From the IMG/VR virus record IMGVR_UViG_3300023274_000002, positions 6,633-70,632 of that record: a DNA stretch of 64,000 nt. The stretch is one strand, 5' to 3'. This stretch comes from a virus. A program made the translations under genes and the position numbers. Position 1 is the stretch's first letter; the number at the start of each line of letters is the position of its first letter. Positions 45,012 to 55,292 of this stretch are shown here, piece by piece. The notes below the pieces were generated by a model. It worked only from the letters and a program-made list of their open reading frames with translations, was not told the origin of the DNA and searched no databases.

Positions 45012-46627
45012 CCGGCCATCCGCGCGATGCGCGGCCACCGGTCGCCGAACAGAGCGGCGAGCGCCTGCGCGGCCTGCTCGTCGCTGACGCTGGAATCGCC
45101 AAGCGCGTTGAGCACCTCGAGCGGTACGCCGGCCACGGCGCGCGACAGTTCATCGGATCGCCGGTTCACCTCGGCCATGATGCGATCGGCTTCGGCGTCG
45201 TCGTCGGTGACTTTGCGAAGCGTGGCCTGCGCGGTGGCGCCCACGGTGCGCAGAGCGATCCCCAGGTCGCGGATGACCGCCCACGCGTTGTCGCGGGGCG
45301 CTCCGTCCTTCATCCCGTTGGGGATGCCCTGATCGAGGGTGAGCCGGCCGATCAGCGATGTCGGAGTGCCGTCCGCCTGCTTGGACGACGCGAGCACCGC
45401 CCTGAGCCGAGCCTCGAACTCGTCGCCGATCTGATCCAGGGTGATGGCCATCTCGTCGTCCTCCAATACGCCGATCTCCGTGAAGTATCGCTTGAGCAGC
45501 CGGGTGAGCGAATCGCTCTTCTCTGCGTCGCGGAACCGGCTGAGGTGCGTGTGGCTCGTGTGGCTGCTGTCGCCGGTCGTGCGGTGGCCGAGCCGGTCGT
45601 ACCGCTTGACCACATCGCCGTCGGGCGAGTAGATCACCTCGCGGATGTCCGCCGTGTCCGCAGTCCCGGCCTTGCACTGCGCGACGACCCAGATCGAGAA
45701 CGTCCGCAGGTTGTGCCTCTTGCCGTCCACCGTGATCTCGAACCAGCCGAGGTCGAGCGCCGCAGCGGCGTTGGTCAGCCCGTTGCGGTCGCGCGAGGAT
45801 TCGACGATGGAGTACGCCGTCTCCTTCAGCGCGTCCTTGCCGAGGTGGTACGACGTGCCGGACTTCGCGTGCGAGTCGTCGCCGACGATGCCCACGGCCG
45901 CCGGTGCGATCGTGAATCCCGCCTTCTTGAGCGTGGTGATGTAGAACGTCCGGGCGTCGAGCAACGACTGTGGCGCGTAGCTCATGCCGGGCCTCCCGAG
46001 TGTGAGATCGCGCCACACCGTCTCGTCGCGGATGGCGCTCTTGCTGACCTTTATCGTGCCACCCGGCAGCGGACCGACGGCGTACTGCATAACGGCCAGC
46101 GTCGGCCATCCACCGTAGCCCGCCGTCCAGTGCTCCGATGCGTCGCCGGGGTAAGTGCCGAGATAGCTGGTGTTCGGCGGCGCCCACAGGTACGGGCTGA
46201 GGTCGTGCACGTCCCAGCCCTTGCGGGCCGCCCACCACCAGTCGCCGGTGTAGAGCGCGACCGGCCGGCCGAGTAGCTGCGTCATCCGCTCCAGGTAACT
46301 CCGCACCGAGGCCAGCGTTGGTGCCGGGTCGGACTCGACGTCCATCTGGTGAGCGGTCCCGCCGAGCAGGCCGAGCGACACGATCCGCCGGTATGCGTAC
46401 TCGGCCTGATCCTCGCCGGGCGCGTCGGCGGTCAGGTAGTGGAACGTCGAGATGCCGAGGCCGATTCGGCGCGCGTCGAGCGCCCACCATGCGACGTTGG
46501 GATGCACGCTCTTCACGCCGAGCCCGTGGGAGATCTTCAGGTTTACCGCGCCGAATCCGGCCGCCTTGACGTCCTCGGCCCGCAGGGCGCCCTGGTAGCT
46601 GGCGACGTCGACCAGGTGAAGGGTCAC
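45008..46627 (-). CDS. endolysin: GH25 muramidase + putative Zn-peptidase domain + helical C-term
   Basis: VDVASYQG, HQMDVE, LYTG.WW, MQY; then GIVGDDSH..SYH..AALD..HTSHTHLS. Confidence 0.8.
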   Translation of the reverse strand: MTLHLVDVASYQGALRAEDVKAAGFGAVNLKISHGLGVKSVHPNVAWWALDARRIGLGISTFHYLTADAPGEDQAEYAYRRIVSLGLLGGTAHQMDVESDPAPTLASVRSYLERMTQLLGRPVALYTGDWWWAARKGWDVHDLSPYLWAPPNTSYLGTYPGDASEHWTAGYGGWPTLAVMQYAVGPLPGGTIKVSKSAIRDETVWRDLTLGRPGMSYAPQSLLDARTFYITTLKKAGFTIAPAAVGIVGDDSHAKSGTSYHLGKDALKETAYSIVESSRDRNGLTNAAAALDLGWFEITVDGKRHNLRTFSIWVVAQCKAGTADTADIREVIYSPDGDVVKRYDRLGHRTTGDSSHTSHTHLSRFRDAEKSDSLTRLLKRYFTEIGVLEDDEMAITLDQIGDEFEARLRAVLASSKQADGTPTSLIGRLTLDQGIPNGMKDGAPRDNAWAVIRDLGIALRTVGATAQATLRKVTDDDAEADRIMAEVNRRSDELSRAVAGVPLEVLNALGDSSVSDEQAAQALAALFGDRWPRIARMAG

Positions 46628-46983
46628 GGGTGCGCGATGTCGTAATCCCGGATCTTCTGCTGAAGCACTTCCAGGGAGTCGGACATGGTCGCGCCGTACA
46701 TCGCCAGGTCTTCCGGTCGCACCTGGCCGAGGATCCAGCCGGGCCACCCGCCGGTCATGTCGATGGCCGCGTTGAGCCTGGCTTGCCACGCGGCATCGGT
46801 GGCCACGGCGGGATTGAGATCTTGGATCACCTTCATCACCATCGCGATCAGCGACAGCGTGGACAGGTTCGTGTTGTAGAGCGACTTCTCGCCACCCATG
46901 ATGTCGGTTCCCAGACCGTCGCGGACGACGGTGCGCTGAGCGCCGAGCAGGTACGGCACGAAGTCGGCCGACTTGGCTACCAC
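46624..46983 (-). CDS. hypothetical protein
   Basis: AAGGAG SD. Confidence 0.55.
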   Translation of the reverse strand: MVAKSADFVPYLLGAQRTVVRDGLGTDIMGGEKSLYNTNLSTLSLIAMVMKVIQDLNPAVATDAAWQARLNAAIDMTGGWPGWILGQVRPEDLAMYGATMSDSLEVLQQKIRDYDIAHP

Positions 46984-46995
46984 GATGTTCTCCTT

Positions 46996-47532
46996 CTAGA
47001 AGGGGAGCACGACCATGTTGCGCTGCGACCACGTGCCGTTGGTGCTGGTCACGCGGTACTTCGAGGTGAACGTGTTGGATCCGGCGGTCAGCGTGGGCAT
47101 GCTTACCCGGCTGGCGCCGATGATTTTGCTGGCCGCCGATGCGTCGTTGACCACAGCCACGTCGTCGGCCGCCGCGACCGTCGTCGCCCCGGAGACGGCG
47201 TAGCTCATGTACGCCCGGATGCCGGTCGTGTCGGTGGTCAGCACGCAGCCGATCGCCACCAGCGCCTTGGGCCCGGTGGTCACGGTGACCGCGGGGCCCG
47301 CGGTGGCCAGGTCGCCGTACGACGTGATCGCGCTGCTCTGGCCGGTGCTCACCGTGGCCGTCGACGGGATGCGCTCGGCGATCGAGTTCGCGGCCGTGCT
47401 GGCGAACATCGAGCCGGCCGCGGTCGCCTTGGCGGCCGGCGTCTCCAGCATGTTGTCCCGGACGCTGGCGTTCCACTGCGCCGCCGTCAAGGTCGCGTTG
47501 CTGACCGCAGTCAGCGGGGTAGACCAGGCCAT
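46996..47532 (-). CDS. minor tail / fibre protein
   Basis: MAWSTPLTAV..LTAAQWNASVRDN. Confidence 0.7.
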   Translation of the reverse strand: MAWSTPLTAVSNATLTAAQWNASVRDNMLETPAAKATAAGSMFASTAANSIAERIPSTATVSTGQSSAITSYGDLATAGPAVTVTTGPKALVAIGCVLTTDTTGIRAYMSYAVSGATTVAAADDVAVVNDASAASKIIGASRVSMPTLTAGSNTFTSKYRVTSTNGTWSQRNMVVLPF

Positions 47533-47987
47533 CAGTTCTCCTCGGGAGGTCGTGGCAACGCCGCGGCCGGGCCCGCCTCGGCGATCAGTGCCCGCGCCCG
47601 TTCGATGGCCGGCAGCAGCACGCCGGACACCACGCGGCCGTCCACCTCGGTCAGCACGTCGTCGGTACCCGGCTCGAGCTCGTCGGGCACGATGCCGTGC
47701 TGAGCGTTCTCCATCAATAGATCGGTGATCGTCTCGCCCGGCTCCCAGTTGCGGGTGATCGGGTCCGGCCGCTGCGCCAGCACGTACGCGATGGCTCCGG
47801 GGTCGGCGGGCCAGGTCGCCCGGTTGACCGCCCAGCAGTCGCGGCACATCCACAGGATGGTCGCGATCTCCACCTGCCACGCGTTGCGGCAGCCGGGCCC
47901 GGGGCACCGGGAGATCCAGCGGCTCCAGTTGACGACGACCGGCGCGGTCGTGTCGGGTGGCTGTTCGAGCAGTACGGGAAGCGTCAT
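47532..47987 (-). CDS. Cys-rich tail-associated protein
   Basis: VNWSRWISRCP..C..RNWEPGET..L..EN. Confidence 0.65.
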   Translation of the reverse strand: MTLPVLLEQPPDTTAPVVVNWSRWISRCPGPGCRNAWQVEIATILWMCRDCWAVNRATWPADPGAIAYVLAQRPDPITRNWEPGETITDLLMENAQHGIVPDELEPGTDDVLTEVDGRVVSGVLLPAIERARALIAEAGPAAALPRPPEEN

Positions 47988-47995
47988 CTCGTCTC

Positions 47996-50056
47996 CTAGG
48001 TCGCGAACACGCCTTGGTCGAAGCCCTGGCCCGCCTGGTCGAACACAAACATCGTCGACGGGTTGTCGATGCCCGGCGTGACGAATGCGCCCTGGTCGAA
48101 GCCCTTGCCGGCCACCCCGAACGTGATGGCGTTGCTCGGCTGCACGGGGTCGGCGCGCACGCAGGACACCCGCAGCCGGTGCACCTGCAACCGGGTCACG
48201 ATGTGCTCCAGCCGTTCCACCTGGAAGTCGCCGAGCACCCCCAGCACGTCGTTGCGGACGGTGATCCGGTCGGAGATCCGCAGGGACAGAATTCTGCTGG
48301 AGTACCGGTCGTTGAAGGCGGGCACGGTGAAGCTGATCCGCGGGCGGTTGTCGGCGTAGATCGAGACGGTCCGGTCGGCGATGGCCTGCGCGTCGTAGAC
48401 GTTGGCCCATTCCGGCGCCGACTCGCTCGGCCACTTCGCCGCCTGGTACCGGCTGATCGAGGCAGGGTCGGAGGCCGAGGCCTGGACGGTCCGGGCCACC
48501 GGCAGCGCGTTGCCGCGCAGCGCGAGCCGGCTGATCGTGCCGGTCCCGGTGCACGTGATGACAACGATGAACTTGTGCCCCGAGGTCCGATCGATGGTGG
48601 CGGTGAACGATCCGCTGAGCACCTGGATGTCCCCGTTGTCGGTGCTCGGGGTGATCGCGTTGATGACCGGGTCGCTCGGCTCGGCGAAGATGGTGCGCGT
48701 CTCGGACGCCGTCATGGAGATCGGGTCTTCCGACGACCACACCTCGATGATGTCTGTCGGCCTGCGCTGATCCACCGAGAACGTGGCCACGTTGTAGATG
48801 CTCTTCAGCCCATGGTCGTATTCGAAGGAGTCCTTCTCCACCTTGAAGTCGATCGTGTCCCGGATGCCGGCCGGGAAGATGTAGCTGAATGTGGCTTGCG
48901 ACGTGTTGGAGGCTGCGGACCGGATCCGGTGATGCCGGTCGCGGAAGACAAACGTCCCCGCCTCGACGTACGCGATGGCCGGCCAGCCCTCGGAGTTGAC
49001 CAGCTTGGCGATAGCCGCCGCCGGCTCGGTGCCCTCCTCCCACCAGTACGGGATCACCGTCGCGCCCGGGTCGAGCGACCGCCCACCGGTCCATCCGGCG
49101 GCGGTCAGCACGAGGTCGATCGCCGCGCCGGTGCGCACGCCTTGGTAAACCTGCGTCGACAGCGAGTCGCCGGTGGGCCCGTTCCACGAGTCGATCAGCT
49201 TCCCGCTGAACGTCCGGGCCGCCGACTGGCTGTCCACGCTCAGGTCGTCGAGCACACCGGAGAACAGGGTGTACGTCTTGCCGTCGTCGGCCGGCGTGCT
49301 CATCAGCGACATGTTGTCGACGGTGATCTGGAGCGTGTTGGGCGGAGTGGAGCCGAGCCGCAGTCGCAGCAGTGCCTTGGTCGCCGTGGCGGGCGGCACG
49401 AGCGCCGTGCTCTGGATCGTCGTCCAGGTGGTTGCGGGCAACGCCACCGCGCCGGTCGATGCGCTGGACAGGTAGGTGCTCGACGAGTCGTACCAGTCGA
49501 TGACGGCCGTCGTGTCCGCCCACGCCGTGCTGCCGTAGACGCGGAACGCCAGGATATAGCTCCCCGCCGGCTGATCGGCGATGCTCACGTACGACGAGGT
49601 GATGATGCCGACCGTGGCGACCGCGCCGGGCGGGACGTACCGCAGCGCACCATCCCCGTCCTCGGTCGGCGTGGTCACCCGGCTGACCGAGCCGCCGAAC
49701 TGCGCGGCCCATCCGGCGACCCCCGCCGCGGCGTCGGCCCACGACTCGCTCTTGACCGTGCTCGCGCCGCGAACCGTCTTGGTCAGGGTCGCCGTCTTGC
49801 CCGGCGTGATCTTCCCGTAGATCGGCGACGCCGCGTTCTCCGGGCTGAAGTACCGATCCCACGTGCGGGTGCGGTTGATCAGTCCGAACGAGCCGTCAGA
49901 CGCGGGGGTGTCCAGGTCTACCTTGTCGACCGGGCGCCCCCACGCGACGGTGATCGGTTCGCGGTTGACGTAGTTGGTCACGTCCTCGAGCGGCCCGGTC
50001 AGCCCCCCGCCGCCGGACCAGTCGATCGTGAGCTGCCACCCGCGGACCGCGCTCAT
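47996..50056 (-). CDS. minor tail protein with CBM-like insert
   Basis: Follows tape measure; FSPEN..SP.YG. Confidence 0.75.
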   Translation of the reverse strand: MSAVRGWQLTIDWSGGGGLTGPLEDVTNYVNREPITVAWGRPVDKVDLDTPASDGSFGLINRTRTWDRYFSPENAASPIYGKITPGKTATLTKTVRGASTVKSESWADAAAGVAGWAAQFGGSVSRVTTPTEDGDGALRYVPPGAVATVGIITSSYVSIADQPAGSYILAFRVYGSTAWADTTAVIDWYDSSSTYLSSASTGAVALPATTWTTIQSTALVPPATATKALLRLRLGSTPPNTLQITVDNMSLMSTPADDGKTYTLFSGVLDDLSVDSQSAARTFSGKLIDSWNGPTGDSLSTQVYQGVRTGAAIDLVLTAAGWTGGRSLDPGATVIPYWWEEGTEPAAAIAKLVNSEGWPAIAYVEAGTFVFRDRHHRIRSAASNTSQATFSYIFPAGIRDTIDFKVEKDSFEYDHGLKSIYNVATFSVDQRRPTDIIEVWSSEDPISMTASETRTIFAEPSDPVINAITPSTDNGDIQVLSGSFTATIDRTSGHKFIVVITCTGTGTISRLALRGNALPVARTVQASASDPASISRYQAAKWPSESAPEWANVYDAQAIADRTVSIYADNRPRISFTVPAFNDRYSSRILSLRISDRITVRNDVLGVLGDFQVERLEHIVTRLQVHRLRVSCVRADPVQPSNAITFGVAGKGFDQGAFVTPGIDNPSTMFVFDQAGQGFDQGVFAT

Positions 50057-53000
50057 GGCTTGATCCGCCGCTTGCTGACCGCCGAGTTGTAGGCGGTCAC
50101 GACGAGGTCTTCCGCCTGCCTGCTGTTGGCGATGACCGCGCCGGAGAACGCGCCCTCGTGGATGTTGATGGTCACCCCGCCGCCTCCCTGGCCTTTCGGA
50201 TCAACGTACTCTGTGCGGCCGGACAGATTCGCTCCCAGAGTTCCGGACGGCCAGTACCCGCCGGAGTCGAAGAGCTGGATCTTCTCGCCGAACAGTCCGC
50301 CGCCCGCGAACCGCGCCCCGCCCTTGCTGGCGAAGTCGCTGATCCGCCGGGCCCGGGCGCCGACGCGCACGCCACCGGATCCAGTGGACTCGAACGGCAG
50401 CGCGCCGATCTGGCCGGCCATGTGCCCGACCGACGCGGACGCCGGCCGCTGGCCCGGGTGCGACCATCCGGCCATGAGCGGCCCGGTCTTGCCCGGCCGG
50501 AACCAGGGGCCGGGAAGGCTGCCGGTGGAGAAGGTGTGCGAGTACGGGTTCTTGCCGGCCATCATGTTGTAGACCGCCGACACGATGCCGGAGCAGTCGT
50601 AGCCGTCCGGGCCGGCGTCGGCCCAGATGTACGGCTTGCCGGCCTGGGACCGGACGAAGTTCATCGCCTTGCCGACGTTGCCGCCGCCGCCCCCGGATCC
50701 GATCTTCGTGAGCCACGAGACTGCGCCGTTGAGCAGCCGCTTGCCCGCGCCGGCCACCATGTCGCGCAGCAGGCCGCCGCCGGGGATCCGCTTGAGCGCC
50801 GCCTCGAACGGCTTCTTCAGCAGTTCGCCGGGGTTGGTGACCGCGCCCCACACGTCCTTGACCCAGCCGACGATGCCGCCGTCCTTGAACGCGTAGCCCT
50901 CGCTGCCGTCGCCCGGCTCGCGCGCCACCTTGCGGCCGAGGAACTGCGAGAGCAGCCGGCCGCCGCCCTTCATGCCGGCGTTGATCCAGCGCAGCAGCGG
51001 CAGTGCCGCGGCGGTCATCGAGCGGCGGACGATGAACTCGCCGCCCTGGAGCTGCACGGCGCCCTGACCGGGAACCCACGCCTGACGGTTGTCGGTGAAC
51101 GACCCCGCACCGGAGATCTTGCCGCCGGACGCCTTGCCGTACTCGCCGCCCTTGACGAAGCCCGAGATCTCGCTGACCCGATCCTTGACCCCGACGATCG
51201 AGGCCGCCTTGTTCAGCCCGCGGATGAACGGGTTGATCACCGAGTTGACCACGAAGCTGACCGGCTTCTTGGCCACCTCCTTGACCTTGTCCCACGCGCG
51301 CCCGATCAGGCTGACGCCCTCGCCGAATCCGCCGACGACGTTCTTCTTGATGAAGTCGACGAACCGCTGGAAGAGCGGCCGGATCTTCGTGTTGTAGACC
51401 GTGCTGAAGCCGTTGGCGAGCGCGTCCCACCCGCGGCGCACCTGCGCGAAGATCGGCGACACGTAGGTACGCCACCATCCGGTGACCGTGTTGGCGATGG
51501 CCGTGAAGATCCGCGCGAAGAACGACCGCACGGTGTTGAGCGCGGTCTGGAGCGGTCCGAGCACGTAGGTGCGGAACAGGTTGAAGATGCCCTTGGCCAC
51601 ACCCCACCAGAACTGAATCGACCGGCTGATCTGCGCGAACACGACGTCCCACACCCCGCGCAGCCAGGTGACCGCGCGGCCGACGACGTTGGTGATGATG
51701 TTGGCGATCAGCTTGAAGACCACCTGGATCACGAGCCAGGTGATCTCGACGATCTTCGCGATGCCCTTGAATACCGGCGAGAACACGTTCTGCCACAGCC
51801 AGGTCGCGACGGTGGCGACCGCCTTGAAGATGCCGATGACCAAGCCGATCTGGAACTTCACCACGGCGACGGCCACGCTAATGATGCTCTTGATGCCCTC
51901 CCACACCGGCTGAATGATGTTCTTCCACAGCCAGACCGAGGCCGCTGCGATGGCGTCCCACGCCCGCTTGAGTGCCGGCCACGCCGTGCCGACGATCCAA
52001 TCCACGGTGGCCGATATCGCCTTCTTGATCGCGCCCCACACCGCCTGCACAATCTTCCGGAACGTCTCGTTGTGCCGGTAGAGCAGCACGAGCCCAGCAA
52101 CGAGCGCGGTGATCGCGATGATGACCGCACCGATCGGGTTGGCGATCAGCGTCGCGTTGAGCAGCACCTGAGCGGCCGCCCACGCCCGGGTGATCCGGGT
52201 GATGATGCTGACGCCCTTGAAGAACTGGAGCAGCCCGCCGGCCGCCTGCACGGCCAGCATCGCCGAGTTGATTTTCAGCGCCAGCGTCACGGCGCCGATG
52301 GCCAGCGCCCAGTCCCGGATCGTCCCGATGTTGTCCCGGACGAAGGTGAAGACCTTGCCGATCTTGTCGAAGATCCCGGGCAGTGCGGCGGCCAGGCCGT
52401 TGAGCCCCTGCGTCAGAGGTCCCTTGACGACGTTGTAGATCGCAATCGCCGCGTTCTCGAGCTGGCTCTTGACGTTGTCGATCGCGCCGCCGAGCCCCGC
52501 ATTCTTGGCCGCGGCAAAGTCGGCCGCCGCGCCGCTCTTGGTGATCGCCGCCCGCATTTTGTCGTAGACCGGAACTCCGCCCTTGAGCAGGGCCAGCACC
52601 GACCGCGTGGCGTCGGCGCCGAAGACCTGCGTGATGGCGTAGTTCTTCTCCTCCTGCGTCATGTTGGCGGTGCCCTTGGCCACCAGGTCGATGATGTCGC
52701 GCAGGGGGCGCATCTTGCCGTTGGCGTCGTAGGCGATGTCGCCCATGTGCTCCAGTTGCGGATTCATCTTGTACAACTGGTTGATGGCCGTGCCGCGGAC
52801 CTTGGCGCCGCCGTGCAGGATGTCGTTCTGCTGCTTGAGCGAGACGTTGACGCCGAACGCCTCGGCGGCCAGCTCACGCATGATGCCCTTGGCCTGATCC
52901 GACGGGCCGGTGAGCTGGAGCAACATCTGCTTCAGGCTGGTGCCCGCGTCGGACCCCTTGATCCCGTTGTTGCCGAGGATCGCGATAGCGGTGTTCAGCT

Positions 53001-53802
53001 CGGTAATCGCTTCCTTGCTGCCGACCGCCGGGCCGAGCAGACCGGAGAAGGCCGCCGCCGCCTGCTTGAACGAGAACGATGCCTCGGTCACTTCGATCGA
53101 CGACGAGTTGGCCGCGGCCGCGAGCTGATCGACGACGAAGCCCGTCTCCTTGGCCTGGATGCCGAACGCGTTGACGGCATTCGCCGCGATCTCCGCCGCC
53201 TCGGCCTCGGAGATGTTGGCGATGCGCGCGAGCTGGAGCGTGCCGCGCGCAGCGTCCATCGACTCTTGCACGCTGAAGCCCGCCTTGGCGAGCTCCGTCA
53301 TCGCCGCCGCCGCGCCGGCCGCCGAGACGCCGGGAAGCTGGACATCGGCGCCGAGTTTGCGCGCCTGGTCGGCGACCTGCTTCATCTGATCGCCGGTGGC
53401 CTGCGAGACGGACTTGAAGATATTCAGGTTGTCCTCGTAGGCGATGCCGATCTTCCCGATTTCGCCGACCGCGGCAGCCAGTCCGAGCGGGACGAAGACG
53501 CCGGCCGCCAACTTGAGGTTGCTCTTGATCGCGCCGACGATGCCCGACGAGCCCTTGGTGAAGCCGTCAGCGAAGCCCTGGCCCGAGCGCTGACCGCCCT
53601 CGAGCATGGCCTTCTGCGCGTCGGTGGCAAACCGGCCATTGGCCTGCCGCAACTTGCCGTTGGCGTCGCGGTAGAACCCGTCACCGAATGCCTTTCCGGC
53701 GCCCTTGCCCGCGGCGTCGCCCATCTCCTTGCCGGTCTTCTCGAACTCGCGCTTGTTGGGGTCCGGCCGCAGACGCACAAAAGCAGAGGCGAGAGCCACC
53801 AT
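50053..53802 (-). CDS. tape measure protein with C-terminal NlpC/P60 domain
   Basis: 1249 aa; MTELAKAGF, GIKGSDAGTSLK, W/F periodic repeats; GKPYIWADAGPDGYDCSG..H. Confidence 0.95.
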   Translation of the reverse strand: MVALASAFVRLRPDPNKREFEKTGKEMGDAAGKGAGKAFGDGFYRDANGKLRQANGRFATDAQKAMLEGGQRSGQGFADGFTKGSSGIVGAIKSNLKLAAGVFVPLGLAAAVGEIGKIGIAYEDNLNIFKSVSQATGDQMKQVADQARKLGADVQLPGVSAAGAAAAMTELAKAGFSVQESMDAARGTLQLARIANISEAEAAEIAANAVNAFGIQAKETGFVVDQLAAAANSSSIEVTEASFSFKQAAAAFSGLLGPAVGSKEAITELNTAIAILGNNGIKGSDAGTSLKQMLLQLTGPSDQAKGIMRELAAEAFGVNVSLKQQNDILHGGAKVRGTAINQLYKMNPQLEHMGDIAYDANGKMRPLRDIIDLVAKGTANMTQEEKNYAITQVFGADATRSVLALLKGGVPVYDKMRAAITKSGAAADFAAAKNAGLGGAIDNVKSQLENAAIAIYNVVKGPLTQGLNGLAAALPGIFDKIGKVFTFVRDNIGTIRDWALAIGAVTLALKINSAMLAVQAAGGLLQFFKGVSIITRITRAWAAAQVLLNATLIANPIGAVIIAITALVAGLVLLYRHNETFRKIVQAVWGAIKKAISATVDWIVGTAWPALKRAWDAIAAASVWLWKNIIQPVWEGIKSIISVAVAVVKFQIGLVIGIFKAVATVATWLWQNVFSPVFKGIAKIVEITWLVIQVVFKLIANIITNVVGRAVTWLRGVWDVVFAQISRSIQFWWGVAKGIFNLFRTYVLGPLQTALNTVRSFFARIFTAIANTVTGWWRTYVSPIFAQVRRGWDALANGFSTVYNTKIRPLFQRFVDFIKKNVVGGFGEGVSLIGRAWDKVKEVAKKPVSFVVNSVINPFIRGLNKAASIVGVKDRVSEISGFVKGGEYGKASGGKISGAGSFTDNRQAWVPGQGAVQLQGGEFIVRRSMTAAALPLLRWINAGMKGGGRLLSQFLGRKVAREPGDGSEGYAFKDGGIVGWVKDVWGAVTNPGELLKKPFEAALKRIPGGGLLRDMVAGAGKRLLNGAVSWLTKIGSGGGGGNVGKAMNFVRSQAGKPYIWADAGPDGYDCSGIVSAVYNMMAGKNPYSHTFSTGSLPGPWFRPGKTGPLMAGWSHPGQRPASASVGHMAGQIGALPFESTGSGGVRVGARARRISDFASKGGARFAGGGLFGEKIQLFDSGGYWPSGTLGANLSGRTEYVDPKGQGGGGVTINIHEGAFSGAVIANSRQAEDLVVTAYNSAVSKRRIKP

Positions 53803-53954
53803 CAGCTCTCACCTCCGCCTGTGAGTTCCTGGTTGGCCCGATCGTTGATCTCGGACCATCCGTACAGTTTGTCGTCGAACTCCTTGCGCCCCTTTTCGTC
53901 ACGCTTCTCGATGGCCATGGCGTAGACCATGTTCAGCACCGCCCGGGCCGGCAT
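53802..53954 (-). CDS. second tail assembly chaperone segment
   Basis: Manual translation MPARAVLNMVYAMAIE..; TGATG overlap with tape measure start. Confidence 0.5.
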   Translation of the reverse strand: MPARAVLNMVYAMAIEKRDEKGRKEFDDKLYGWSEINDRANQELTGGGES

Positions 53955-53959
53955 GACGT

Positions 53960-54556
53960 CTAGTGGCCCAAGTGCGCCACGGGGGTCAGCCCATCCGCCC
54001 CCGGGATGGTGGCCGGCAAGGATGAGACGTCCCTCGACTTCTCCGATGTTCGCCGCGAGGAGCCCGAGGAGAGCCCTCGCGGCTTGCGGGGGCGGGCTGC
54101 GATCACCGACATGGCCTCAGAGACGAAGTCCATCACGTCTTCGCCTTCCGCCTGCTCGTCGTCGGCAAGCCGGGCGAACCGGTCCCACTCGCGCTCGTCG
54201 CGCTGCGGGTGGCCGTCGTCGTCGACTACCCGCTGGCCGTTCTCGTACAGCGGCGGTCGCCAGATGACCGACCTGATCAGCGAGTACATCGCCGCCAGGC
54301 CTTCCATGTCGTCGGAGTCGAGGCCCTTTTTGCTGGCGTTGGCGAACGCCAACATCGGCATGATCCCGACCTTGTCAGCGAGCCGGAACTTCTCGCCCAT
54401 GAACTCGACGTGATCGCCCTCGACGACACCTTCCGCCGCGGCCTGCACGGACTGCGTGGTGTGCTCGACGGGGTACGGCTGACCAGCGCTCGGCTGATCG
54501 GGCAGGGGTGGCCAGTTCGCGGAAGCCGCGCCCGGCACCATCGCGAGATCAGCCAC
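53960..54556 (-). CDS. tail assembly chaperone
   Basis: Between major tail and tape measure genes; Ser-rich C-term. Confidence 0.7.
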   Translation of the reverse strand: MADLAMVPGAASANWPPLPDQPSAGQPYPVEHTTQSVQAAAEGVVEGDHVEFMGEKFRLADKVGIMPMLAFANASKKGLDSDDMEGLAAMYSLIRSVIWRPPLYENGQRVVDDDGHPQRDEREWDRFARLADDEQAEGEDVMDFVSEAMSVIAARPRKPRGLSSGSSRRTSEKSRDVSSLPATIPGADGLTPVAHLGH

Positions 54557-55130
54557 GGGTCGTACCCGCCGCCGCGAAGTAGACCGGCTGCGAGCTCGCG
54601 TCCGGCTCGAGCGTGAAGGTCAGCGGCAGCGAGGCGTTGTCGGCGCCCTTCTGCCGCTGGATGCCGACGCCACCGGTCTGGAAGCACTGCATCCCCCACC
54701 AGCGTTCGGTGTTGTCCACCGACTCCCACCCGATCTGCTGGCGCACCTCGGCGCCGATCGCCGGCAGGGTGTACGTGGTGAGCAGCGTCGTACCCGAGCC
54801 GGTCGGCGTCTTCGTGCCGCCGTTGAATGCCCGCTTGAAGTTGGTCAGGTGGATCTGCATGATCTCGAACTCGACCGTGATGGTGCGGCCGGTCGTGACG
54901 TTGAGCAGCGGGTCCAGGTACTCGGCCGCCTCCACGGCCTCGCTGTCGATCTCAATGTTGAGCGTGTGGCCCTCGCGGGTCACGCCCCACAGGTTCCAGC
55001 CCGCGGGCCAAGTGTCGGTGAAGACCGAGCCGACGACCGTGTTGGTCGGCGCGGCCGTGCCGGAGTCGGCAACGAGCAGGTATCCGGCGCCGAAAGAGAG
55101 GGCACTCTTCGGCACGGTCATTGCGGGCAT
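54549..55130 (-). CDS. major tail tube protein
   Basis: GWNLWGVTREG, position in tail block. Confidence 0.8.
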   Translation of the reverse strand: MPAMTVPKSALSFGAGYLLVADSGTAAPTNTVVGSVFTDTWPAGWNLWGVTREGHTLNIEIDSEAVEAAEYLDPLLNVTTGRTITVEFEIMQIHLTNFKRAFNGGTKTPTGSGTTLLTTYTLPAIGAEVRQQIGWESVDNTERWWGMQCFQTGGVGIQRQKGADNASLPLTFTLEPDASSQPVYFAAAGTTRG

Positions 55131-55210
55131 GGATCACTCCTAGGGTTCGGCCCCTCTGGGGGCACACCGAAGGCCCGATCCCGCTCGTGCGGGTCGGGTG
55201 GTCTAATGGG

Positions 55211-55292
55211 TGCGGACCGGAAGTCGCGGGTTCAAATCCCGACCCAGCCGCAACGCGGCGAGGTACCTCAGCTCGGTAGAGGGCCGGTCAAG
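55211..55292 (+). ncRNA. circularly permuted tRNA-like RNA (YrlA/Y-RNA-like topology)
   Basis: GACCGG / T-arm CGGG-TTCAAAT-CCCG / closed stem GCCGC-AAC-GCGGC / TA / D-arm CCTC-AGCTCGGTA-GAGG / CCGGTC. Confidence 0.6.

Noticed and set aside
45008-49862. 822-aa (45008-47476) and 776-aa (47532-49862) ORFs as single genes
   Set aside because: N-terminal parts overlap better genes in other frames; real starts are at 46627 and 47987
50158-53925. 1255-aa plus-strand ORF and other long antisense ORFs (e.g. 38528-41020, 47957-50092, 24387-26033)
   Set aside because: Shadow frames of real genes, expected in high-GC DNA; no motifs or SD
53802-54556. Programmed -1 frameshift in tail assembly chaperones
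   Set aside because: Gene arrangement fits, but no clear slippery heptamer could be identified by eye
55211-55292. attP carrying a tRNA 3' half
   Set aside because: No integrase nearby, both halves are present in permuted order, and there is no CCA end
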